From Mustelus asterias (lineage: Eukaryota): a stretch of DNA of 64,000 nt. The notes beneath the pieces were generated by a model. That model was not told where the DNA came from, did not search any database, and was given only the letters and a program-made list of their open reading frames with translations. Each line of letters starts with the position of its first letter. Position 1 is the stretch's first letter. Below are positions 40,722 to 53,299 of the stretch, piece by piece. Position numbers and translations under genes: made by a program. The DNA lies in contig NC_135830.1 of assembly GCF_964213995.1 (NCBI RefSeq), forward strand, positions 14,632,001-14,696,000. Reading direction: 5' to 3'.

Positions 40722-40791
40722 CTGGGACACCAATAGCAGCGAGCATCGGATAATAAATAGCATAAAATGGTCCATTCGCTGGCCCATGCAT
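40722..40791 (-). CDS. GPR139/GPR142-like orphan GPCR gene 2, coding exon 1
   Basis: MHGPANGPFYAIYYPMLAAIGVP with phase-1 donor G|GTAAG; same intron position as gene 1. Confidence 0.88.
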
Positions 40792-41187
40792 CGCCAGAAA
40801 CTAATTGAATTCTGCAAGTTGCACACACTATCTGCGCAAGAGCCTCCAGAGGGACAGTTAAGTTACAACATCCACTTTATTAACAGGTCAGAGAACAAAC
40901 AGATTAAAGGATGATCTCATATATTTCGTTTGTTACATTTGTAAGGGAGATTAATCCATTGCCGATGTGTGTGAATTGCTGTCCACAAATTTACCGTCAC
41001 TCCTCGGCTCACACCATGTCCTAGCATCTCCATCAATCAGAACCCATGTTTTGTATACTGAACTGAGGTCCCATCTCTAATGAAAAATCATCTCTTCCCA
41101 TCCCACCATGATGTGGTTATAGTTGGCGGATGAGTTAATGTGTTTGGCTTACTTGGTAACTTTCTGGTGCTTAGTACTCAATTGCTG

Positions 41188-43970
41188 TAAGACCATAAGA
41201 CCATAAGACATAGGAGCGGAAGTAAGGCCATTCGGCCCATCGAGTCCACTCCACCATTCAATCATGGTTGATTTCAACTCCATTTACCCGCTCTCTCCCC
41301 ATAGCCCTTAATTCCTCGAGAAATCAAGAATTTATCAATTTCTGTCTTGAAGACGCTCAACGTCTCGGCCTCCACAGCCCTCTGTGGCAATGAATTCCAC
41401 AGACCCACCACTCTCTGGCTGAAGAAATTTCTCCTCATCTCTGTTCTAAAGTGACTCCCTTTTATTCTAAGGCTGTGCCCCCGCGTCCTAGTCTCCCCTG
41501 TTAATGGAAACAACTTCCCTACGTCCATCCTATCTAAGCCGTTCATTATCTTGTAAGTTTCTATCAGATCTCCCCTCAACCTCCTAAACTCCAATGAATA
41601 TAATCCCACGATCCTCAGACGTTCATCGTATGTCAGGCCTACCATTCCTGGGATCATCCGTGTGAATCTCCGCTGGACCCGCTCCAGTGCCAGTATGTCC
41701 TTCCTGAGGTGTGGGGCCCAAAATTGCTCACAGTACTCCAAATGGGGCCTAACCAGTGCTTTATAAAGCCTCAGAAGTACATCCCTGCTTTTGTATTCCA
41801 AGCCTCTTGAGATAAATGACAACATTACATTTGCTTTCTTAATTACGGACTCAACCTGCAAGTTTACCTTTAGAGAATCCTGGACTAGGACTCCCAAGTC
41901 CCTTTGCACTTTAGCATTATGAATTTTGTCACCGTTTAGAAAATAGTCCATGCCTCTATTCTTTTTTCCAAAGTGTACGACCTCGCACTTGCCCACGTTG
42001 AATTTCATCAGCCACTTCTTGGACCACTCTCCTAAACTGTCTAAATCTTTCTGCAGCCTCCCCACCTCCTCAATACTACCTGCCCCTCCACCTATCTTTG
42101 TATCATCGGCAAACTTGGCCAGAATGCTCCCAGTCCCGTCATCTAGATCGTTAATATATAAAGAGAACAGCTGTGGCCCCAACACTGAACCCTGCGGGAC
42201 ACCACTTGTCACCGGTTGCCATTCTGAGAAAGAACCTTTTATCCCAACTCTCTGCCTTCTGTCTGACAGCCAATCGTCAATCCATGTTAGTACCTTGCCT
42301 CGAATACCATGGGCCCTTATTTTACTCAGCAGTCTCCCGTGAGGCACCTTGTCAAAGGCCTTTTGGAAGTCAAGATAGATAACATCCATTGGCTCTCCTT
42401 GGTCTAACCTATTTGTTATCTCTTCAAAGAACTCTAACAGGTTTGTCAGGCACGACCTCCCCTTACTAAATCCATGCTGACTTGTCTTAATCCGACCCTG
42501 CACTTCCAAGAATTTAGAAATCTCATCCTTAACGATGGATTCTAGAATTTTGCCAACAACTGAGGTTAGGCTAATTGGCCTATAATTTTCCATCTTTTTT
42601 CTTGTTCCCTTCTTGAACAGTGGGGTTACAACAGCGATTTTCCAATCCTCTGGGACTTTCCCTGACTCCAGTGACTTTTGAAAGATCATAACTAACGCCT
42701 CCACTATTTCTTCAGCTATCTCCTTTAGAACTCTAGGATGTAGCCCATCTGGGCCCGGAGATTTATCAATTTTCAGACCTTTTAGTTTCTCTAGCACTTT
42801 CTCCTTTGTGATGGCAACCATATTCAACTCTGCCCCCTGACTTTCCTGAATTGTTGGGATATTACTCATGTCTTCTACTGTGAAGACTGACGCAAAGTAC
42901 TTATTAAGTTCCTCAGCTATTTCCTTGTCTCCCATCACTAGATTACCAGCGTCATTTTGGAGCGGCCCAATGTCTACTTTTGCCTCCCGTTTGTTTTTAA
43001 TGTATTTAAAGAAACTTTTACTATCATTCCTAATGTTACTGGCTAGCCTACCTTCATATTTGATCCTCTCCTTCCTTATTTCTCTCTTTGTTATCCTCTG
43101 TTTGTTTTTATAGCCTTCCCAATCTTCTGACTTCCCACTACTCTTTGCCACATTATAGGCTCTCTCTTTTGCCTTGATGCATTCCCTGACTTCCTTTGTC
43201 AGCCATGGCTGCCTAATCCCCCCTCTGATAACCTTTCTTTTGTTTGGGATGAACCTCTGCACTGTGTCCTCAATTACTCCCAGAAACTCCTGCCATTGCT
43301 GTTCTACTGTCTTTCCCATTAGGCTCTGCTTCCAGTCGATTTTTGTCAGTTCCTCCCTCATGCGCCTGTAATTACCTTTATTTAACTGTAGAACCTTCAC
43401 ATCTGATTCTGCCTTCCTTCTTTCAAATTGCAGACTGAATTCTACCATATTATGATCACTGCTTCCTAAGTGTTCCCTTACTTTAAGATCTTTTATCACG
43501 TCTGGCTCATTACATAACACTAAGTCCAGAATAGCCTGTTCCCTCGTGGGCTCCATCACAAGCTGTTCCAAAAAGCCATCCTGTAAACATTCAATGAATT
43601 CCCTTTCTTTGGGTCCACTGGCAACATTATTTACCCAGTCCACCTGCATATTGAAATCCCCCATGATCACTGTGACCTTGCCTTTCTGACATGCCCTTTC
43701 TATTTCGTGGTGCATTTTGTGCCCCTGGTCCTGACCACTGTCAGGAGGCCTGTACATAACTCCCATTATGGTTTTTTTGCCTTTGTGGTTCCTCAACTCT
43801 ACCCACACAGACTCCACATCGTCTGACCCTCTGTCGTTTAGTGCTATTGATTTAATTTCATTTCTAATTAACAAGGCAACCCCGCCCCCTCTACCCACCC
43901 CTCTGTCTTTTCGATAGGTTGTGAATCCCTGGATGTTTAACTGCCAGTCCTGAACCCCCTGCAACCACGT
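41188..43970 (-). mobile_element. Young CR1 LINE with an uninterrupted 896-codon ORF2 (slightly 5'-truncated)
   Basis: ORF 41274-43964 with APE (YRPP, GDFN, SDH) and RT (FADD); tail repeat at 41188-41210. Confidence 0.97.
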
Positions 43971-44589
43971 TTATTTGAACAGATTTACAATGCAACAATT
44001 TGAAATAACTATTCGCGAATATGGGGGGATGTATGAGGTGGAACCCATTGCATGCAAATACTGCGCTCTGTGGAAACACCACACCACTTCGGTTGTTCTG
44101 ATAAACCACACCTGTTGAAAGTGCCTTCAAATGATCAAGAATGAATTTAGAATTTCTAGTGAAGGAACAATTGACGCATGTCCTGCTGTGTATAAATTGA
44201 TATATCGTTGGAGCAAGTAATTGCCGAGACGTGGTTTAGAACTAATAGCACCAAGTGCAGTGAAAATGAAGACAGTATCGACATTAAATAGAAATATAAA
44301 TTGTTGGTGTAATAATAACTGAGACAAAACCTCATGAAATGCGAGCAGCACCAAGGCGTTATAGAATACAATGGAATATATAAATAAATATTGTCCTCGT
44401 ACATCGGAGACAGGGCAGAGTGAAGTACAAATGCAGTCGATAGAATTAATTAGCATCCAGCTTCTCAGGAGCAAATGATCGTTCTGTAAATGAGCGAGGG
44501 CCGAGTATAATATTAACAGGGAAACATGTCAGATAATTCACCTCATGCTCACATGCCCTTCGTAGACCTACTGTAGGGCTTTGCTGATG

Positions 44590-45160
44590 CCCAAATGATT
44601 TGAATAACAAAACTTCATATTCCCTTTCAGAACATTACAGGCTACTGGATTCAACGTTGAATTCAAGAACTATGGATAGTAACCCCTCCCCCCATCCCTA
44701 TTAATTTTACCACCCCGCCCCCCCCGCCCCCCCCCCCACATTTGTACGTCCCCCCCCACCCACCCCACATTTGTAGATTGCTGTTAGTTGTTTTTCCGCT
44801 CTCATGGCCTGCCCCAACACAAGAGACAACATCCACCCATTTGACCACCTGTCACTGTTTGTTCAGTTCCATCATTCCAATATCTGACGTTTTGCAACTA
44901 TTAACATTCTTCGCCCCTCCATGGAACCATTAACACTCCTCTTTCTCTTATGTTCAGGATAAAACTGTCCATATTTCTTTGGTGCCGACCTATCCATGTT
45001 ATTTTATTCTGCCCCATCTCTTACTATGTAGTTTTTTTTTACCTTTCCTCAGTTCTATAAACAGATCATTTATATCTTAAAGGTTAATTCTGTCTATCTC
45101 TACAGAAAGTTCCAGACCTGCTGAGTTTATCCAGCATTTTCGATTTTTATTTCAGGTCTC
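44590..45160 (+). mobile_element. Degraded Penelope-like 3' end / pLTR
   Basis: Decayed ...TLQATGFNVEF GIY-YIG terminus and ccagacctgctgagt...tccagcatttt tail. Confidence 0.4.
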
Positions 45161-45279
45161 ACAACGTAGTGACTGTGACCATTGAGTCAAAACCAAGAAT
45201 GGACTGCCCCCGATGTCCATTGTGCTCCAAAAGTCTCCCGACTTCTCCAATATTTTCTTTCTCTATGTTGTGTGTCTCT

Positions 45280-47345
45280 GATAATTAATGATGACATTAG
45301 CACTTTAGTGAGGAATGACCGAAGAACAGGAAAGCATGATATGGAAGCAGTTTGGGTTGAGGTAAGAAATGATAAAAGTAAGAAGTCACTTGTGGGCCCT
45401 AACTGCAGCTATATGGTAGGACAGATTATAAAGCAAGAGATAATGGGTGCTTGTCGGAATGGTACGGCACTAATCATGGATGATTTTAATCTACATATTG
45501 AAAGCAAAAATCAGATGGGTAAACGTAGCATAGACGAGAACATAATAGATATGTTTTCTGGGTAGTTTCATAGAATTACACGTTTTGCAGCCAACCAGTG
45601 TGTACGTTATACTAGACTTGGTATTGTACAACGGGATGGGATTCATTGAAACTTTTGGTGAAGGCACTGCTTGGTAGCAGCGTTCATAATAATACGATTG
45701 AATTTTGCATTTAGTTTGAGGGAGAAAAGACTATTATTTTAAACATAAATATGGGTTACTAGGGGGGCATGAAAGTGGAGCTCGCGAGAGAGAACAGTAA
45801 AATGTCTTTAAAGGATAAATCAATAGAGGTTCAATGAAAGACATTTGAATAGACACTTCAGAACACAAAACAGATACATTCCAATTAGAAAGGAAAATTC
45901 AGATGGGGACCTAATCTCAGATGTCATCTTAGAAAGTAAAGACACCATTAAATTGAAGAAAAAATCAAACTTGTGCAAAGATGAGTAGCATATCAGAAGA
46001 TTGGAAAAGTTATAAAGCACGTAAAAGAATGGCAAAATTATAGAAAAGGGAGAAAAACACTGGAGTACCAGCGACAGCTAGCCATTAACTTAAGTATGAA
46101 AAGTAAGAATTTCTATAGAGATTTAGGAAAGAATAGAGTTAACAACGTGAGCGATGGTCCAATGAAAAGTACATCCGGGAAATCGGTAATGGATAGTTGG
46201 GCTGTGGCGGATTACTAAAACAGGTATTTACATTGGGCTTCACTACAGTGGGCACAAGTAACATCCCAGAAATAGCTGTAAATCAGGAAATGAAAGGGAG
46301 GGAAGAACTCAGGAAAGTCAGTATAAGCAGCAAATGGTATTGAGCAAATTGTTGGGTCTATGGGCTGACAAATTCTGGGGTCTGAATGGCCCTCAGTGGC
46401 AGGTTCTTCAAGTAGTCGCTGATCAGATAGTTGATTGTTTTCAAGTTCCCAAAACTCTCGAGTTTCGGTGAAAAATCTATTGGAGTGGAAGATCGCAAAT
46501 GTAACTTTTTCTTTGAATAGCGAGGTACGCCGTAGTACAATTAGCATTATATCTGTCGGAGGAAAAACGGTCGAAGAGATTATTAATGATGTTATAGCAG
46601 GGCACAGTTCAAGGTAATTAGGCAGAGTCAACATGATTTTGTGAAAGGAAAATCACATGAAAACAATTTATTGGAGTAGCTTGAAGGAGTCACATGTGCT
46701 GTGGATGAAGGGATATAATGTACTTAGATTTCCAGAAGGCATTTAATAAGGTGCCATATCGAAGATTCTTACATGAATTAAAAGCTCATGGAGTAACGGG
46801 GTACGAAATCAGCATGAATCGAAGTTGGCTAACAGAACACAGAGAATTGGCATTAATGAGTCTTTTTCAGGATAGCAGGAGGTGATGAGCAGTGTGCCAC
46901 AGAGCTCAGTGTTGGGGAATCAACTTTTTTCTTCTCATATAAATTGCTTGCATGCAGGGACTAAATTCGCTGATGTCACAAAGGTAGATAAGAAAATAAA
47001 CTGTAAAGAGAAAGCCAGGGGACTATAAAGCGAAATGGACACATTAAGTGAGTGAGAGAAGCTCCAGTAAATGGAATATCGTGTGGGCAAATGTGCAACT
47101 GTCAGGAAGAATAAAAAATAAAGTTAGCAATCTAAATGATGAGAGATTGCAGAACTCTGAGGCACATAGAGATCTGGATCTCGTAGTTCATGAATCACAG
47201 GGGACTCGTCTACATGTACAACAATTAATTAAAATCATACCGTTCTCAATTTTGTGAGGGATTTTATAACAAAAATAGGCAGGCGATGCTTCATTTGTAC
47301 AGGACATTGATCGGATAACATTTGGAATGCCTTGTACAATACATC
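45280..47345 (+). mobile_element. Old, heavily degraded CR1 ORF2
   Basis: EAVWVEVRN, ALIMDDFNLH, WKIANVT and LDFQKAF remnants. Confidence 0.85.
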
Positions 47346-47673
47346 ACGGCCCCTTCTGTAGAAAGTGATTTATTTGCAGGTATCAAAATGGGCGGGGAAA
47401 ATAAACCCCAGCCAATCGCATTATATTCTCCTGGCTCTTTCAAATTCTCGCATTCGAGGTCAGGTACACACAATTATCGCTGTTTCTGTTTCAGGAGCTA
47501 ATGGTAGTGGAATCATGGTAGTGAAAATGTTCTTCATTTTGCTTTTTACCCTGGTTAAAAGTCAATGAAACTTCCTAAAAAGTATTGCGATCTTTGTGCA
47601 ATTCGCCCTTCCTGTCTCTGCGTGATTATCATCTTCATCCTACTTCTAATCCATGCTGTGTCTATTGTTTATA

Positions 47674-48791
47674 CGGTAAGAAGTCTCACAACACCAGGTT
47701 AAAGTCCAACAGGTTTATTTGGCAGCAAATACCACAAGCTTTCGGAGCACTGCTCCTTCGTCAGATGGAGTGGAAATGTGCTCTCAAACAGTGCAAACAG
47801 ACAAAATCAAGTTGCAGAATACTGATTAGAATGCGAATCCTTCGTCGTCCAGTACTTCCCCAGAGCGGAGAAGCTACGGCATCTCCTCCGGAGCCTTCAA
47901 CATGTCATTGATGAAGACGAACATCTCGCCAACGCCATCCCCACACCACCACTTCTTGCCTTCAAACAACCACGCAACCTCAAACTACCCAGCCTTCAGG
48001 AGAACAGTGACCACGACACCACACAACCCTGCCACAGTAACCTCTGCAAGACATGCCGGATCATCGACATGGATGCCATCATCTCACGTGAGAACACCAT
48101 CTACCAGGTATACGGTACCTACTCTTGCAACTCGAACAACATTGTCCACTTGATACGCTGCAGGAAAGGATGTCCCGAGGCATGGTACATTGGGGAAACC
48201 ATGCAGACACGACGACAATGGATGAATAAACACCGCTCGACAATCACCAGGCAAGACTGTTCTCTTCCTGTGGGGAGCACTTCAGCAGTCACGGGCATTC
48301 AGCCTTGGATCTTCAGGTAAGCGTTCTCCAAGGCGGCCTTCACGACACACGACAGCGCAGAGGTCGCTGAACAGAAACTGATAGCCAAGTTCTGCACACA
48401 TGAGGACGGCCTAAACCGGGATGTTGGATTTATGTCACATTATCAGTAACCCCCACAGCTTGCCTCCTGGGCTTGTAGAATCTCACTAGCTGTTCTGTAT
48501 GAAGACAATACACATTTCTTTAACCTGTGTTTAATGTTCCCTCTACCCACATTGTCTGTACCTTGAAGACCTGGCTGGCTGTAGGATTCGCATTCTAATC
48601 AGTATTCTGCAACTTGATTTTGTCTGTTTGCACTGTTTGAGAGCACATTTCCACTCCATCTGACGAAGGAGCAGTGCTCCGACAGCTTATGGTATTTACT
48701 ACCAAATAAACCTGTTGGACTTTAACCTGGTGTTGTGAGACTTCGTACCGTGTTCACCCCAGCCCAACGCCGGCATCTCCACAACATGACT
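47674..48791 (+). mobile_element. Penelope-like element (GIY-YIG C-terminus, pLTR, inverted 5' pLTR) with a 13-bp TSD
   Basis: YSCNSNNIVHLIRC..WYIGET GIY-YIG motif; 47674-47840 is the inverse of ~48583-48750; TSD TCTATTGTTTATA at 47661-47673 and 48792-48804. Confidence 0.93.
47732..47768 (-). ncRNA. Minimal type I hammerhead ribozyme motif (Penelope pLTR)
   Basis: ccat-CTGACGA-aggagc agt gctcc-GAAA-gctt-gtgg on the minus strand. Confidence 0.7.
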
Positions 48792-48934
48792 TCTATTGTT
48801 TATATTCAGAGATGAGTAATTGAGATTCAGTGTCCCAATCAGAACCAAGAGTTGAAGCAACAGGGGGTGAAGGTTCAGCAATACCCTGCAGTTACCCTGT
48901 ACAGAGTTTAGCTAGAGTATATGGCCTGTTCTGG

Positions 48935-49078
48935 AGAACAGAGACCACTCCATCTGACGAAGGAGCATTGCTCCGAAAGCTTATGGTATTTGCTACCAAA
49001 TAAACCTGTTGGACTTTAACCTGGTGTTGTGAGACTTCTTACTGTGCTTACCCCAGTCCAACGCCGGCATCTCCACAT
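48935..49078 (+). mobile_element. Penelope pLTR fragment with a 10-bp TSD, inside the V1 exon
   Basis: TSD CCTGTTCTGG at 48925-48934 and 49079-49088. Confidence 0.92.
48950..48986 (+). ncRNA. Minimal type I hammerhead ribozyme motif (Penelope pLTR)
   Basis: ccat-CTGACGA-aggagc att gctcc-GAAA-gctt-atgg. Confidence 0.72.
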
Positions 49079-49273
49079 CCTGTTCTGGTATCGCCAGTCT
49101 TCACTCCAAGTTCCTCAGTATCTGCTCAGAGCCGATAGTTACGGGTACAAGAAGACGGCCCCCGGCTTTGAACACTTCAGCGGGAATCACAAGCAAGCAC
49201 AAAACACTTTTCACTTGTCCATGAAAGATTTGAAGATGACAGACAGCGCCGTGTATTATTGTGCACTGAGAAC

Positions 49274-49312
49274 CACAGTGAGCGAGGGTCTATTGGGCCT
49301 CATACAAATACT
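49274..49312 (+). other. 23-RSS of V1
   Basis: CACAGTG, 23 nt spacer, ACAAATACT. Confidence 0.92.
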
Positions 49313-50163
49313 GCCACAGGTCGATAATCAAGAGGTTGGTGTCAGGAAAACACAAGGAGTTGAATTTCATAAAAAATGCACAGATGGTGAACGTGACATT
49401 GTGCCTCATCTGAATGGTTTTCCCTCACTGAGGTCAATGATTGCCACTGTCGAGAAATTTGACTTTTGGCGGTCAGATTACTTCTGGATCAAATCCAATC
49501 ATTTTGCGATGCCATTCACACAACCCACAGATCTTCTAAGTGAATGCCATCATCTATTTGTACACTTAACCTTTCTGTATCAGATGCCACGCTGTCAGGG
49601 GACACGTTTTTAAAGTGAAATAATGTCATAGGCACACTCAGTTGTTTCACATTTTTGGGTACAAAATATTGACTGGGTGAATTAAGTACCTTAACGGTAC
49701 AAGTACAGTCCCACTGGAACTGCATCTCGACATCAACGTTCGCCCAGCATAATTAAGACAGTAACGTTTCATTTATGCTCATGTCCCTTAATAATACCTG
49801 ATTTAAAAACATTTATTTGATCTTTCACTTTCATTAGAGAGAATGATCTTCCTCAGGAAAAAGTTCGAAGGAAGGCAAGTTCAACGAGGTAGAGACAGAA
49901 TGAGTGACACAGTGAAACCGGGGAAGAGAGAGAGAACGCCAGACAAAAACAACCAGGGGTGGAATGTGATTGGTGTGGTTCAGCCGTATAAAACATTTAG
50001 ATGATTGGGAAACAGCTGACATCATCTCAGGGAGACAAGCCAATCGCGGCACTGAGGAACAATTTCGCAATAATTGCAAGCTGCCTCTGATCTGAGTTTA
50101 TTTTTAGATATAAGACTAGAAGCACCAGCATATCTGAAACATGTTCATGTCCAATCACGAACC

Positions 50164-50600
50164 ATGTGTTCCCTGTGTGCTTTCCTGATAATAATGGACA
50201 TGCTGCCCGGTGGGTCTGAGCTCAAATCCTCAGTGTGTGTTTCACGGATTATATTTACTCACAGATTTCTCACACATTCCATATGTTATTGCAGGAACTA
50301 GTGCCAATATCCAGACTCCCAGGAGCCGCCTGAATTAACTGTTCAGGAAGGACAGGTAGTAATATTGAACTGCAGTTACACAACAAAATACCCTGCTCCA
50401 ACTCTCTGCTGGTACATCCACTATCCCGGAGAAGCTCCGAGATATTTACTGAGGAGTTACGGCAACAGACAGGGGGATAAGTCTCTAGATTTCCCTGACC
50501 TGTTTTCTGCTGATTTGGACAAAAACAAGAGAACAGCTCTGTTAAATATCACCGGGGTCTGTGCCTCTGACTCTGCCATGTATCACTGTGCGCTGAACCC
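50164..50600 (+). pseudogene. TCR alpha/delta-like V pseudogene 2 (leader 50164-50209, V exon 50295-50600, frameshift near the exon start)
   Basis: MCSLCAFLIIMDMLPG|gt..ag; QEPPELTVQEGQVVILNCSY..WYIHYPGEAPRYLL..DSAMYHCALNP is out of frame with the leader. Confidence 0.88.
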
Positions 50601-50967
50601 CGCACTGTTGCAGAGGCACAGTTCTTAGAATCATAGAACCCTACAGTGCAGACAGAGCCTGCACCGACCACAATCCCACCCAGGCCCTACCCCCGTATCC
50701 CTACATACTTTACCCGCGAATCCCTCGAGCCTACGCATCTCAGGACACTAAGGGGCAATGTTAGCATGGCCAATCAACCTAACCCGCACATCTTTGGACT
50801 GTGGGAGGAAACCGGAGCACCCGGAGGAAACCCACGCTGACACGAGGAGAACGTGCAAACTCCACACAGACAGTGACCCGAGCCACGAATCGAACCCAGG
50901 TCCCTAGAGCTGTGAAGTAGCAATGCTAACCACTGTGCTACCGTGCCGCCTCGCCCGTACAAAAACC
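50601..50967 (+). other. 23-RSS of V2, split by a SINE insertion
   Basis: Heptamer-like CGCACTG at 50601-50607 and perfect nonamer ACAAAAACC at 50959-50967; removing the SINE restores a 15+8=23 nt spacer. Confidence 0.8.
50626..50950 (-). mobile_element. HE1/V-SINE-type SINE
   Basis: Full head (ggcggcacggtagcacagtggttagc) through to the ttctatgattcta tail. Confidence 0.9.
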
Positions 50968-51519
50968 AGCAAAGGCATTCCCACTGCCTCTCAATAAATT
51001 CAACTTGTAACATGGATTATGAACTGTTAATAAAAACAGGACAATATTACAAAGGACAGCGAGCCCCAATTCTCTCTTTCTGTGGCGCTGGATGTGGGCT
51101 GTTTGATGGAAAATTCCTCTTTATTCTAATGATCATCGTTTCCAAGCAATTCCCTGAACGGAAAACACTGGAGGTGTTATCACGGTATTGACCCATATCC
51201 CGCAATGATTTCAGAGAGCTGCTTGCCTCCCTGGAATACTCGACCAGCAGCAGAACCACAATGCTATTGTTCCCGTACCCGCTGCAGTAAACCCACGACC
51301 TTGGTGAGGCAGCTCCGTTTGGTGGTGATCTGAGCTAACTGGCCAATTACGGGAAAACCATCGAAATCTCAACGTTCTGAACGGTGTTGCTGCACGATTA
51401 TCTCGCTTTATTCTTGCACATATTGTTACTATTGTACTGCAGTGAACGCAAACAAGAGAGCAAATTCCATCTTTATTTTAAACCCTGACGATTCTCTTTC
51501 TTTAGTGTAATGTCCGAGC

Positions 51520-51660
51520 CAGTCTGTTGAAAGACTGTGGAAGGAAACATGAGCACCTGGAGGAAACCCACGCAGACACCGGGAGAACGTGCAAACTCCA
51601 CACTGACAGTCAGGCAAGGCCGGGAAGGAACCAGGGTCTCTGACACTTTGAAGCAGCGAG
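51520..51660 (-). mobile_element. Degraded HE1/V-SINE fragment
   Basis: gagcacctggaggaaacccacgcagacaccgggagaacgtgcaaactccacac. Confidence 0.7.
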
Positions 51661-51897
51661 ACGTGGAGAAATTAGATTTTCGACACTCTGAACTTTCGGG
51701 AAAACGGAAGACACGATAATCCAAACTCATCAGCTGTATATCTATGAGTCGATTAAGCGACGTCCATATATTCATACACAACAACATGTACTCTACTTGT
51801 TACGTTGGAATGCCAGCAAGCGAGGAAAAATAATGTTGTAATTAATATTAAGTAGGAAACGTGACAAAAACAAAACAACGAAAAAGCCATAAGCAGC

Positions 51898-52306
51898 GAG
51901 AGGCTGAGGGATTTGGGATTGTTTTCGCTGGAAAGGCGGCGGCTAAGAGGGGATCTTATTGAAACATATAAGATGATTAGAGGTTTAGATAGGGTGGATA
52001 GTGATAGCCTTTTTCCTCTGATGGAGAAATCCAGCACGAGGGGGCATGGCTTTAAATTGAGGGGGGGTAGTTATAGAACCGATGTCAGGGGTAGGTTCTT
52101 TACCCAGAGGGTGGTGAGGGATTGGAATGCCCTGCCAGCATCAGTTGTAAATGCGCCTAGTTTGGGGGCGTTTAAGAGATCCGTAGATAGGTTCATGGAC
52201 GAAAAGAAATTGGTTTAGGTTGGAGGGTCACAGTTTTTTTTTTAACTGGTCGGTGCAACATCGTGGGCCGAAGGGCCTGTTCTGCGCTGTAATGTTCTAT
52301 GTTCTA
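51898..52306 (+). mobile_element. CR1 3' fragment, identical to the 3' end of the 55685-58400 element
   Basis: Base-by-base match by eye to 57978-58386. Confidence 0.95.
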
Positions 52307-53299
52307 TAACATGAAAGCAGTAAAATCCGTTATTAACTGGCATGATAACATTTCAGTAACATCACGATGCAATATTAGAGAATAAATGTGTTTACAGAGA
52401 ACATTCCAATAGGTGGCTCTCCAAGACATTATGTTTGAACAAAACTGCATGAAACTACAGTTCACCGCTTTCACAGGTGTCAGCCATAAATTACAGGAAA
52501 TAATTTTGCGATGTGACATTGCACTGTGAACGACAGTATATATCGGACAAGCACCTGCGGATAAATTTCTGCTTTTTATATTTCTATAACGTTGTCTGTT
52601 TTCACGAATAAATTAGATATTGCTCCAGGAGTCTGAAGGGATCTTGCGATATAGGGGAAAGGGGTTCAGGAGATTAAATTTGATGAACAGCCGTGTTCAA
52701 AATGAATAATGGAACTGGGTCGGAGGGCCGAATGGCCTACCCCTGCTTCTGGTTTCTATGTTTCTAAGTTGCCAATGATACAGCATAGGTGAGTGAGAGA
52801 GTGACCTCTATAAACCATTGTATTCCGTGGTCCAATACCACAAGTTAGTTGGTCGAAATTATTCACCCAATGTTTCTAAATAATAGCGTTGATCAGAAAT
52901 CAGTGTGTTTTTTGTGCGTCTCTATGTGTGTGTATGTGTATGTGTGTGTTTAAAAGAGAGAGAGAGAGAATGAGATATTGGGAGTGGCATTAGTTCTTCT
53001 TTCCATGACGAAAGACTTTGGTTACTATTGATCACAAACTCAAAGTGTCCCGAAGATAATGGGACTCACAAATCTCTTAACTCCACTATGAGGGTCAGTG
53101 TGACAACGCTTTCTGGTAGAGATTCACAACGCCCATAGAATCATCGAATCATAGAACCCTCCAGTGCGAAAGGAGGCCATTCATTACACTAATCTCCCTG
53201 CACGCATAAATATAAACTATACATTCATTGTCAAAACGGTGAAAGTGTCTCAAAATTAACAGTACAAGTGTTAATCTACAAACACCAGTTGACAGGCGA

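Larger units (their letters stand above)
48810..49273 (+). pseudogene. TCR alpha/delta-like V pseudogene 1 (stop codon and Penelope insertion)
   Basis: *DSVSQSEP..IPCSY..LFW|insertion|YRQSSLQVPQYLL..DSAVYYCALR; possible leader exon at ~47515-47560. Confidence 0.9.

Noticed and set aside
43975-44480. Possible third GPCR or other membrane-protein pseudogene
   Set aside because: Only vague hydrophobic peptides in AT-rich DNA; no DRY or TM motifs recognised
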